A stretch of DNA of 40,950 nucleotides from a virus. Its lineage: Duplodnaviria > Heunggongvirae > Uroviricota > Caudoviricetes. The stretch lies in the IMG/VR virus record IMGVR_UViG_3300034122_001045; one strand, written 5' to 3'. Within the stretch, counting starts at the first letter, position 1; every line of letters starts with the position of its first letter. Below are positions 27,127 to 35,571 of this stretch, in pieces. A program made the translations under genes and the position numbers. The notes under the pieces were generated by a model. The model saw nothing but the letters and a program-made list of their open reading frames with translations, made no database searches and was not told the DNA's origin.

Positions 27127-27798
27127 TTAAAGTTGTTTCCAGAACTCATAGTCTTTTTTATAAAAGTTCAGGACGTTTTCTTTGAGCTCTTCAGATAATG
27201 AAAAATCTTTTATCTTATCATCGTAAAAAGCTCTATCGTATATGTCTTTTACGTTTATATTTATATCCAAACCGACATCTTTTGTTAGAAACTCTACGAA
27301 CTCGTCGTTGAACCCGTTTTCAAATTTCCAAACGTAAAAGTCTTCATTAAAAAAATCTACTTGCGGTTTGAACCAATTGTTAAACATATTGGTAAGACCT
27401 TTAAAAATAAAGTATTTTCCCTTAGTTCTTAACGAATACGGTTTTTCTTTCATAACATACTTAAAGTATATAGGGTCGTTCATTAGATGAAAATTTTCAT
27501 ACCCACCAAAAAACAATTTCATTGACCACTCAGAATTAACTGTAGATAAGAAACGATCTAGAGGATTTCTAAATATGATGATCTTTTTAGAGTTTTTTAA
27601 TTCTCCGTGGATATCTTTGAGTTCTTCGTATGTTATATGCATGTACTCACTATCTTTATAAAAGTGAGTATAAAAAATTTCTTTACACTTTTTGTTTTGT
27701 ATGTAAGAATTCTTCTTGAGTAGACTGATAAAGTGTCGCCCACCATTTCTGGGTATATGCACAAAGCATACGCTCTGGTCGTTCTTTTCAAATATCAA
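27127..27798 (-). CDS. Sulfotransferase family 2-like protein
   Basis: FVHIPRNGG (5'-PSB-like), IFRNPLDRFLS (3'-PB), WFKPQVDF and C-terminal FYKKDYEF. Confidence 0.8.
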   Translation of the reverse strand: MIFEKNDQSVCFVHIPRNGGRHFISLLKKNSYIQNKKCKEIFYTHFYKDSEYMHITYEELKDIHGELKNSKKIIIFRNPLDRFLSTVNSEWSMKLFFGGYENFHLMNDPIYFKYVMKEKPYSLRTKGKYFIFKGLTNMFNNWFKPQVDFFNEDFYVWKFENGFNDEFVEFLTKDVGLDININVKDIYDRAFYDDKIKDFSLSEELKENVLNFYKKDYEFWKQL

Positions 27799-27808
27799 TT
27801 CTATCTAC

Positions 27809-28408
27809 TCATTCCAAGTTCATTTCTTTTTTGAACTTATTTAAAACTGCGTCGCTTTCGTGTATCCAAGTCACGATTGCTTCGCGTGTTCCAGATTCTA
27901 CGATCCTAGCTTCATGGTAAAACACGGCTGGAAATATTATGAAGCTTCCGATTTCTTTTGAAAGCTTTGCTATTTCGTTATTATTGTTATCAAACACGAC
28001 TAACTCACCACCACCATAATCATTTTCTTCTGATAGATTAATCGAGCACGTGAGAATTCTTTTTATGTTAGTATCATACAAGGTGTCTTTGTGTTTTTTA
28101 AAGAAGTTACCTTTTTCGTATCTTGCATACTGTATCTCAGCAATATTTGTTAAGTCTATGTAAGAGCATATCGAAGAGTACTCGCTTATTATCGCGGATT
28201 GAAGTATGCTAAATGTGTTAGGATACTTATCGGCTTTTGGAAAGAAGATCGTAGAATTGCGAATACTTGTATCTAGTCTACCCTTGCCAGAACTGGAAAG
28301 CTGTGCATTAAAGCGATCTTCTTTATAAATATTTGCGTCCTTTGACAGTTTTCTTACTTCGTTTCGCGTAAGTTTACCGCTTGCAATATATTTAGAAAAG
28401 TTATCCAT
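27809..28408 (-). CDS. 2OG-Fe(II) oxygenase (prolyl 4-hydroxylase/PKHD-like)
   Basis: RYEKGNFFKKHKD (HxD), RILTCSINLS, YGGGEL, IIFPAVFYHEA (distal His) and GTREAIVTW (2OG-binding Arg). Confidence 0.88.
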   Translation of the reverse strand: MDNFSKYIASGKLTRNEVRKLSKDANIYKEDRFNAQLSSSGKGRLDTSIRNSTIFFPKADKYPNTFSILQSAIISEYSSICSYIDLTNIAEIQYARYEKGNFFKKHKDTLYDTNIKRILTCSINLSEENDYGGGELVVFDNNNNEIAKLSKEIGSFIIFPAVFYHEARIVESGTREAIVTWIHESDAVLNKFKKEMNLE

Positions 28409-29102
28409 GAAGATCTCCCTAGGGACTACTTATTACAACAATCCCGAAAACATAGTAAATTTTATTGATCACCATCTGGAACACGTTGACGAATTAGTCA
28501 TTGTAGACGATGGATCCTCTGATATTTATCACATATTGAATTATGTTCAACCGTCAGAAAAACTAAAATTGTATCGTGTCAAAAAGGACTATGGGTTTAA
28601 TTCTCACGGGTGCAGAAATCTTATAATGAAAGAGTCATCAAACGAGTTTGTGATACTCTTGGATTCTGATCGAAAGTTAGAAGACCCAGCATATTCTATA
28701 GAACAGATAAAAAGAAAAACACTAAAAGGGAATCGTCTGTATAGATTTGTGGCGCATTCTTTCAACATAGGAAAGAATGTGCACGAGTCTGTTAACGATT
28801 ATTTAATAAGTAAGACTCACTTCTTTAGTGCCGGTGGATACGATGAGGAATGGATAGGTTATAGAAACGGAGATCGTCAATTCTTTGAGCAACTGAAGTT
28901 TTTTGGCGATGAGAAACTTCTACACGACATTAATATATTACTCTTAAGATCTGCATCCTTAAGATTGGACAATAAAGAGATACGTTCTGAAAATGATTTA
29001 ACGAATCCAAGTAAAAAAGACTACGATGTCGTAATGCAAAGAATGAAAAAGCCGGATCCAAATAAAAAGATAATTACATTTGAATGGGAAAGACTTACTT
29101 AA
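28407..29102 (+). CDS. Family 2-like glycosyltransferase (GT-A fold); the only convincing plus-strand gene in the window
   Basis: TTYYNNP, LVIVDDGSSD, GCRNL, VILLDSD (DxD) and FFSAGGYDEEWIGYRNGD. Confidence 0.85.
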   Translation: MKISLGTTYYNNPENIVNFIDHHLEHVDELVIVDDGSSDIYHILNYVQPSEKLKLYRVKKDYGFNSHGCRNLIMKESSNEFVILLDSDRKLEDPAYSIEQIKRKTLKGNRLYRFVAHSFNIGKNVHESVNDYLISKTHFFSAGGYDEEWIGYRNGDRQFFEQLKFFGDEKLLHDINILLLRSASLRLDNKEIRSENDLTNPSKKDYDVVMQRMKKPDPNKKIITFEWERLT

Positions 29103-30087
29103 AGTCTCCAAGGTCGAACTTTGTCCCTTTCATCTTATTAATGTCTACTAGGTCGTTGTTCTTCCACACAAGTACTTCGTTATCCTCATACAAGAAATCA
29201 CAGTCCTTGCAAAAAGAAACCTCGTCGAATCTTTTTTCGGTATGCATCTGTCGCAACCACTTATATCTATCACCATTCCATACTTCTTCGACAGACTTAT
29301 TCTCTAACGATCCTAAATCTGCTTCTGCATCTCTTCCAAGCACTTGACAGCACGGTGCTACAGATAACTTGGTACCGTTGCTTCCACCAGCACGTATAGT
29401 GATATCGGGTGAGAATGGACGCCCACAGGTTCTCTTCTCTCCCTTTCTCTTATATGTTGGATCGTATACTCCCGACCAGTTATGCATCTTCCATATCTCT
29501 GCGTGCGATCCTACTACGTCAATAAAGTTCTTTCTGTATTCAGAGACTTCGTATTCTTCCTGATCGTTATCGAGTATAAGGTGATAGGATGCTACGATGC
29601 AATTAGAATTCCTTTCCTTGATGTAGTTCTTCATGTCAATTGCGTTTTGCTTAACCGTATCAAAAGCGTATCGATTCATCCACTTTCTATACATCGCTTG
29701 ATTGTAGCCAATGATCGAGAACCTGGCAAGATCTAACCCAGCATCGACACATTCCTTCATGAAGTCGCCTCGAAGGTTATAACCGTTTGTGTATATGAAA
29801 GCTTTCGCTCCGTACTTTTTTACGATAGCAATGTATTCCGGAAGATTACGATTTAGAGTCGGCTCGCCAGATCCTTCAAGGTTCACAACATTAAGACCTG
29901 CTTCTGCACACTCGGCAACTGCTCTCTCAAAATCTTCGAGAGACATCTTCTTGAGCCAGTCCTTACCTCGTCCACCATGCGTACCGTCAGCATTCGTCTG
30001 AGGACACATCTGACAGGTATAGTTGCAGCCCCCGTTGATCTCTATGACGGCTCTGTCTATATTGAGCGGTATTGAATAATCATTCAT
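29095..30087 (-). CDS. Radical SAM enzyme with a SPASM/twitch-type C-terminal domain
   Basis: CNYTCQMC (CxxxCxxC), GSGEPTL and IYTNG; C-terminal CGRPF...PCC...LGSL...EEVWNG...CKDC. Confidence 0.92.
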   Translation of the reverse strand: MNDYSIPLNIDRAVIEINGGCNYTCQMCPQTNADGTHGGRGKDWLKKMSLEDFERAVAECAEAGLNVVNLEGSGEPTLNRNLPEYIAIVKKYGAKAFIYTNGYNLRGDFMKECVDAGLDLARFSIIGYNQAMYRKWMNRYAFDTVKQNAIDMKNYIKERNSNCIVASYHLILDNDQEEYEVSEYRKNFIDVVGSHAEIWKMHNWSGVYDPTYKRKGEKRTCGRPFSPDITIRAGGSNGTKLSVAPCCQVLGRDAEADLGSLENKSVEEVWNGDRYKWLRQMHTEKRFDEVSFCKDCDFLYEDNEVLVWKNNDLVDINKMKGTKFDLGDFK

Positions 30088-30097
30088 TCTATCAACC

Positions 30098-30751
30098 TTA
30101 TGGTATCATTACAAAATTATGTTTCTTATATTCGTCTTTGTCGTTTGAATAGTGATCTATCGTTCCGCCATACTTCATTGACATTACCTGGTCTGAAGCT
30201 GGAATAAAGAGATCATGTTTAACATTGACTAACTCTTTCATTCTATTATTTTGAAAGGCAAACTTTTCTATATGAGAGTACGGTCCATTACTTATCTCTA
30301 CTCCATACATATGCTCTATTAGATCCTTTGCGAACCAGGGCTGAATGATATAGCTACCCATTGCAGCGCGATCGTAGAATGTAATTCCGTAAAGATTGTT
30401 ACACCAAAGTTTTGAAGGATCTTGTAATATGCAGTCGTGTTCGAGTATTAGAATAGGTTTGTTCGTAAAGACTGATTCTTGCCAGAGACGAAAATGACTG
30501 TAGAAGCATGCACGTTCTGTTTCGGTTATCTCAACCTTCAATCCTCTTACTACATACTTAGGAGAAGTAGAGTATTTTGCGAACTTTAGGTCTTTCTGTC
30601 TGTGTAACGTCTTTGGTGTTATCGCGTTAAAGCGATTGACTGTGATCCCTACACTTTCCCAACTCGGCTTGCAATAATCGTGATAGTACTCAGACCTTTC
30701 GTCGTTCTCTATCACTATCATAAAACATGATATGTTTTTAAATATATCCAT
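30098..30751 (-). CDS. Glycosyltransferase family 25-like protein
   Basis: RFNAITP, ETERACFYSHFRLW and PILILEHD match the GT25 pattern (E.GC..SH..LW, ILEDD). Confidence 0.75.
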   Translation of the reverse strand: MDIFKNISCFMIVIENDERSEYYHDYCKPSWESVGITVNRFNAITPKTLHRQKDLKFAKYSTSPKYVVRGLKVEITETERACFYSHFRLWQESVFTNKPILILEHDCILQDPSKLWCNNLYGITFYDRAAMGSYIIQPWFAKDLIEHMYGVEISNGPYSHIEKFAFQNNRMKELVNVKHDLFIPASDQVMSMKYGGTIDHYSNDKDEYKKHNFVMIP

Positions 30752-31457
30752 TTGATTTAAGATCTTTAAGTGGTCCTTGAGATTCTATAGCATGCTTATC
30801 GTAATCGCTATCTGTAATGTACTCCACCATATTAACCCACATGTCTCTATTGTGTATAACAAAGGCGATCGACAATCTGGCTTTCTTAGTTGAAGCTGCA
30901 TGCCAGTACACTCTATTCGGTTCCTTGACTTCTGAAGGATAGTATCCGCACTTAACGTTCCAACCTGGCTTGTCATACATATACACTACTTCGTCTTTTT
31001 CTTTATCGTAGTACTTAAAGTGCCCATCGCCGTCCTGGCTATATGAGAACAATACATTATATCCTGGAGCGTTACCGTTATGATGCCACCCGATGTAACC
31101 GTCGTCAGGATACAACATACATAGCGCGTTTTGTGCAGACCCAACGGTGTTCTGAAGACGCATTAACTTTTTTGCCACTAATTCGTGAAAGAAACTACTT
31201 TTATCAATGTCAGTACTTATGGTTCCTATACCTAACGCAGCTCTAGGATACGCAAAATCTTTTAATGGGTACTTTAATGCTTTTCTAAAATATGCATCGT
31301 CTACAGAATGTAAATCTGTAATTAGATTATCTTTTTTTTCTTTACGTCTAGCTTCTTCAGATAGTCTTTTTATATTTTCTTCTTTAAAGACATCTTCAGT
31401 TATACCAGATAGAATTTTCGTCAGTCTTTGACTTTTTAGGCAAACTTCTTTCATCAT
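30738..31457 (-). CDS. Cupin/2OG-Fe(II) oxygenase-like protein
   Basis: YPDDGYIGWHHN, GWNVKCGY and YWHAASTKKARLSIAF (His...His...Arg pattern; lacks the canonical HxD). Confidence 0.6.
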   Translation of the reverse strand: MMKEVCLKSQRLTKILSGITEDVFKEENIKRLSEEARRKEKKDNLITDLHSVDDAYFRKALKYPLKDFAYPRAALGIGTISTDIDKSSFFHELVAKKLMRLQNTVGSAQNALCMLYPDDGYIGWHHNGNAPGYNVLFSYSQDGDGHFKYYDKEKDEVVYMYDKPGWNVKCGYYPSEVKEPNRVYWHAASTKKARLSIAFVIHNRDMWVNMVEYITDSDYDKHAIESQGPLKDLKSNGYI

Positions 31458-32223
31458 TCAATCCCTTCTGTAGTCTTTCATAAAAATGTGTCATATCCTT
31501 AGATCTCATGGATACCTTATCTATCTGATATACGATCGGACGTTTTCCATCGTATAGATCCTTTCCATCGTGTATCGTAGCGTTGTACACCTTTGGGCCT
31601 ATCTTTATATTTAAGTTGTTAAATCGTTCAAACTCTTTCCATCTGCCGGAAGTTAGTCTCCAAAGAGTAAACATATCAAATATTTTCCAATCGGGCCAAG
31701 CGAAGTCGTATGTCCACGGTTCGGTTCTTTGTTTTAGATATTCATCGAACCACGTCTGCATAAAATCTATCGTTAGGTCTGTCTTTCTGTAACCGCAGAC
31801 CGCACCATGATACTTTACTGGTATCTTTTGTTCCTTATCAAAGAAAGACCACTTATAGTTACCGGTTGTATACCAGTAACTCTCTGTGAAGAACATGTCG
31901 CAGTCTTTAATCTCGTCGAATACGTTCTTTATCTTACTGCTTACGATCTGCGAGTCTACGTCGTTGTAGAATGTATTCTCGTATGGAGTCCTTGCCATAC
32001 ACCACATCTTTGCTCGCTCGTGAACCGGAATGCCGGTGATCACGTTATTAAAAATCTCTCTTGCTCTATCGTCAACCCAAGCTTCGTGAGTAAAGAGAGT
32101 TATGTGAGCGTTTCTATGCATTGTTCGAAGAGACTCTCCGGACAGCATGGCGAGTTCATAGAATAGTTTTTCTTTTGAAGCAACGTATATGAAACCATTT
32201 TCACTTTTTTCTACATCATTCAT
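31396..32223 (-). CDS. GT-A fold glycosyltransferase-like protein (GT8-like)
   Basis: GFIYVAS, AHITLFT, AKMWCMARTPYENTFYNDVD (DxD), HGAVCGY and DMFTLW; overlaps the downstream gene by 62 nt. Confidence 0.6.
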   Translation of the reverse strand: MNDVEKSENGFIYVASKEKLFYELAMLSGESLRTMHRNAHITLFTHEAWVDDRAREIFNNVITGIPVHERAKMWCMARTPYENTFYNDVDSQIVSSKIKNVFDEIKDCDMFFTESYWYTTGNYKWSFFDKEQKIPVKYHGAVCGYRKTDLTIDFMQTWFDEYLKQRTEPWTYDFAWPDWKIFDMFTLWRLTSGRWKEFERFNNLNIKIGPKVYNATIHDGKDLYDGKRPIVYQIDKVSMRSKDMTHFYERLQKGLNDERSLPKKSKTDENSIWYN

Positions 32224-32237
32224 AAATCAATCTCATT

Positions 32238-32729
32238 TCAAGTTGTTTCGGCTTCTTCCTCGAGATCATCTAGGTAGTCTAGATAATCGTTGTAGTCCAT
32301 ACCCTGATTTTCCATAAACTTTCTCGTGATATCTGTAACAATAAAGTCTAATACAGCTTTCGTTGGCGCTCTTCGTATTGCAGATTTTATATCTGTTCCT
32401 GCGTCACGAATAAATGGAAGTTCTAGGACTTTTGTTTTTTCGTTGAAAAGAGTCTTAAGCTCTATGACTTTCTCTTGAGTCCTTCTCTTTTCGTCGGCGT
32501 GCTTTTTATGATTTCTCTGTTCCGCTTCGATGCGGTTTCTTTTCTGACGCATTTCTTCGATATCAAATTCATCAACGATTCGATCCCAATACTTATTCAC
32601 GCCTTTTCTTTTATTATTCGGAACAGTAAGTTCAGCAACGCTTTCGATTCCATCTTCACGTATTATCTTAAATCTTACTCTCGTCTTTTCCAAGTCTACA
32701 TATTCAGGGTTTAGTATTTTTTCAACCAT
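32238..32729 (-). CDS. Hypothetical protein with a coiled-coil middle (possible assembly chaperone of the Tyr-repeat protein)
   Basis: 163 aa, highly charged helical centre, 3 nt downstream of the repeat-protein stop. The function is inferred from position only. Confidence 0.55.
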   Translation of the reverse strand: MVEKILNPEYVDLEKTRVRFKIIREDGIESVAELTVPNNKRKGVNKYWDRIVDEFDIEEMRQKRNRIEAEQRNHKKHADEKRRTQEKVIELKTLFNEKTKVLELPFIRDAGTDIKSAIRRAPTKAVLDFIVTDITRKFMENQGMDYNDYLDYLDDLEEEAETT

Positions 32730-32732
32730 AAT

Positions 32733-35357
32733 TTAAAGAATCCTTCTCCAAAGAGTTTTCGTAGAGATTACTGAGCTATTATTATTTATTATCGATCCTG
32801 CATATGTACTCTGATAGTCTACAGCTCCAGCATAATCGTTTGGTACTGTAGAGTCATAATTTACCGTATCCGGGACGGCTGCAATGTATGTTGTAGTATA
32901 TGCAGGACCATCATAAGAGCTAGTATAGCTGGATGGTAAAGGACTAGAGAAGACCCCACCTGTGACTCCTATGTAATCGGTAATATATGACAGGGTCCCA
33001 ACATAAAACACTGGAGCAAATCCTACAAATTGTCCTAGATATGTAGTTTCACTTATATACGACACCGGTCCAATACCAACGTAGTCTCCTAGATAAGCAA
33101 CTGTGTTGTCATAGTTTGCCGCCGTCACTCCTAAGTAATCTATATCGTATGTTAACACTCCAACGTAGCTTGCGGGAGTCACACCGGCGTATTCACTCTC
33201 GTATGTAACAGATAATATATAACTGCCAGCATCTGGAGTTAATCCAGCGTAGTTGCCAAGATAGGCTATAACCGTATCATAAACCGCTCCATCTGGGTTT
33301 GTTCCGAGATAATCTGCAGCAATGAGCGCAGTATATAATACTTCCGGTATACCAATATATCCGGCTCCGTCTGGAGTAGTTCCTGGACCGATATATGTAG
33401 GGCCGTCAAGAGGGCCCAAGTAACTAACATCAGGCCCGGCACCGAGATAGTTAACTGGTGCACCAGATCCAAGATAATTTATTGCGTTGTCTGACTCGTA
33501 GTTTATGGCATCCGGAGTCGCAGGACCTACGTAGTTAATTGATGGTATGGAAGTATAATCTACGAAGTTTAGTTTTTGCGACCCTTGATAATCTTGGTTT
33601 CCTGGGCCTAAGTAGTTGGTATCCGCGCCAGGGCCGAGGTAGCTTGTAGCTGCACCAGGGCCGAGGTAGTTTGTAGCATTCGCCGGGCCAGGGCCAACGT
33701 ATGATAATGTTTTGGTTCTCACGTACGTGATGCCCGGCCCTGGCCCGAGATAGTTTATAGAATTCGCTGCGCCTGGCCCAACATAATTTATAGCATTCGC
33801 CGTGCCCGGGCCAAGATAGTTTGTGACGTTAGCAACTAACGAAGTGTAGTTCGCAGCAGGACCTCCTGGGCCAAGGTAGTTAACAGTTGTAATGTCTCCT
33901 AGATAGAAAGGTTCTGCGCTAGGACCTAAGTATAGAGGAAATAACGTATAGTTTGTAAAGTTTGCCGGGCCAGGACCAAGATAGTTTACGTTTGGGACTC
34001 CGGATTGAGATGCATAAGGAGCACCGTCCGTATCCGTAGATACATATAGAACTCCATCCAAAGGCCCAATATATGTGACTGGCGCAGAGGGTCCTAGATA
34101 TGAAGCCGGAGTCGTTCCTGCATAGTTAATAGAGTCCGCCAACGGACCAAGATAGTTAACTGTCACGAATCGAGTACTATCATAGGTAACCTCTGCAGGT
34201 CCAACGTATGTGACTGGACCAATAAACCCAGTCACATACGTGATAGGAGTGATACCAACGTACGTAGCTGGTCCTACATAATCTGCTACGTAAGTAGCCG
34301 GTGTAACGCCGACATAAGAAATAGGACCGATGTAATCGCCGACATAGTTCGTTGGCGCAACTCCATCGTATACAATCCCGCCAAGATAGTCTCCATCGTA
34401 TGTTGCAAAACCCGGACCTAGATAGTTTATACCACTAGGCCCTTCAAAGGTGGTAGTGTATGCCGCCGGTGCAACACCGTCATAACCAACAATAACAGAA
34501 GAAACGTAATCAGTGTCGTATGTTCCTATGTAATCTGTGTCATACGGTACGTCCGAACCGCCAAGATAGCTTATAGGAATAATACCGGTATAATTCACAT
34601 CAGAAGTATATATCGGGCCTACATAATCTTGCGCAGATATCGTAGGTCTTGTGTCAAGGATAGTACCCATTTCAGCCCAAGTCCCTGGCGTTGGCGCAGC
34701 TAGCTGAAATGCATAGTAACCTATCTGTGTTGTTATAATTCTTTCTCTTACTTTTTCGACTAGCTGTTCTATTTCGGCCTGAGTCATGATCTGAATGGTT
34801 CCGCCAGATACATGTTTAAGAGGACTGTGTGTAAGAGTGGTAGTACCCGATATCTTTTTAAATAACGTGGTTACAGTAGTATTTGCTGTGTCTTGAACGT
34901 TGTTAATGCTTCCGATGGATACCCAAGTACCTCCAGCCGGCGCGGCGCTTGTTAACACGTAACCACCTGGGCCATCTCCAATAACCATATATTGTATAAT
35001 AGCATCGGCAAGATCGTTGAGCTCTGTATTGTTCGCGATCTTAATATCAGTTCCGTTCCAATGTAATGGTGGATTCGTGACAGATCCGTAGTTACTCGTT
35101 CTATCCTGATAAAGAGTGTATGTTGTAGAAAGAAGTGTAACGTCTCCAGTTCCAATAGCTCCCTGATATCGTGTATCAGTGAAATCACCTATTGCTACAT
35201 AAGCGGTGTTTGCACCTTGTGCGTTGTATATGTTACCGGGCCCGTCAACAGAAGCAAACTTTTCAAGAACAACTTCAGCGATCGCTTCAAACTCAGAGTC
35301 GTTTATGATCTGTAATATGCCACTGCCCTTATAGGTAAGGACATTTGGTCTTGCCAT
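32733..35357 (-). CDS. Virion fibre-like protein (874 aa) with a central Tyr-x-Gly repeat region
   Basis: About 245-aa globular N-terminus with internally duplicated G.Y.(L/F)...AP..GTW segments, about 50 YxG motifs counted by hand, and a short C-terminal cap KTLWRRIL. Confidence 0.75.
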   Translation of the reverse strand: MARPNVLTYKGSGILQIINDSEFEAIAEVVLEKFASVDGPGNIYNAQGANTAYVAIGDFTDTRYQGAIGTGDVTLLSTTYTLYQDRTSNYGSVTNPPLHWNGTDIKIANNTELNDLADAIIQYMVIGDGPGGYVLTSAAPAGGTWVSIGSINNVQDTANTTVTTLFKKISGTTTLTHSPLKHVSGGTIQIMTQAEIEQLVEKVRERIITTQIGYYAFQLAAPTPGTWAEMGTILDTRPTISAQDYVGPIYTSDVNYTGIIPISYLGGSDVPYDTDYIGTYDTDYVSSVIVGYDGVAPAAYTTTFEGPSGINYLGPGFATYDGDYLGGIVYDGVAPTNYVGDYIGPISYVGVTPATYVADYVGPATYVGITPITYVTGFIGPVTYVGPAEVTYDSTRFVTVNYLGPLADSINYAGTTPASYLGPSAPVTYIGPLDGVLYVSTDTDGAPYASQSGVPNVNYLGPGPANFTNYTLFPLYLGPSAEPFYLGDITTVNYLGPGGPAANYTSLVANVTNYLGPGTANAINYVGPGAANSINYLGPGPGITYVRTKTLSYVGPGPANATNYLGPGAATSYLGPGADTNYLGPGNQDYQGSQKLNFVDYTSIPSINYVGPATPDAINYESDNAINYLGSGAPVNYLGAGPDVSYLGPLDGPTYIGPGTTPDGAGYIGIPEVLYTALIAADYLGTNPDGAVYDTVIAYLGNYAGLTPDAGSYILSVTYESEYAGVTPASYVGVLTYDIDYLGVTAANYDNTVAYLGDYVGIGPVSYISETTYLGQFVGFAPVFYVGTLSYITDYIGVTGGVFSSPLPSSYTSSYDGPAYTTTYIAAVPDTVNYDSTVPNDYAGAVDYQSTYAGSIINNNSSVISTKTLWRRIL
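32790..34630 (-). repeat. Degenerate YxG / NYLGPG / YxxxY peptide repeats
   Basis: Recurrent plus-strand gggccaagatagtt, gggccgaggtag and ccaacgta motifs; protein spacing about 8-13 aa. Confidence 0.9.
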
Positions 35358-35358
35358 A

Positions 35359-35526
35359 TTATACAGAACCCCAGACTACAGTTCCTGCCGCATTAAGGAT
35401 CTTTAGAGTTCTATTTGAACTGTCCTGCAAATAAGTAATCACGGCAGTGTTTGAGGTTGCCGTGAGTATGTTTGTTATATTTCTGCTATCGTCAATAACG
35501 GTTGTTCCAGATATCTTAACAGCCAT
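35359..35526 (-). CDS. Small 55-aa fibre-associated protein (absent from the ORF track)
   Basis: Hand translation MAVKISGTTVIDDSRNITNILTATSNTAVITYLQDSSNRTLKILNAAGTVVWGSV; strong SD AAAGGAG; stop 1 nt before the next ATG. Confidence 0.8.
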   Translation of the reverse strand: MAVKISGTTVIDDSRNITNILTATSNTAVITYLQDSSNRTLKILNAAGTVVWGSV

Positions 35527-35558
35527 CTTCGCTCTCCTTTAGAACTATTAGCTGTATC

Positions 35559-35566
35559 TATTTATC
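35559..35566 (-). promoter_or_regulatory. Near-consensus late promoter GATAAATA heading the Tyr-repeat operon
   Basis: GATAAATA on the minus strand in the 45-nt gap upstream of the 55-aa ORF. Confidence 0.55.
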
Positions 35567-35571
35567 ACAAC

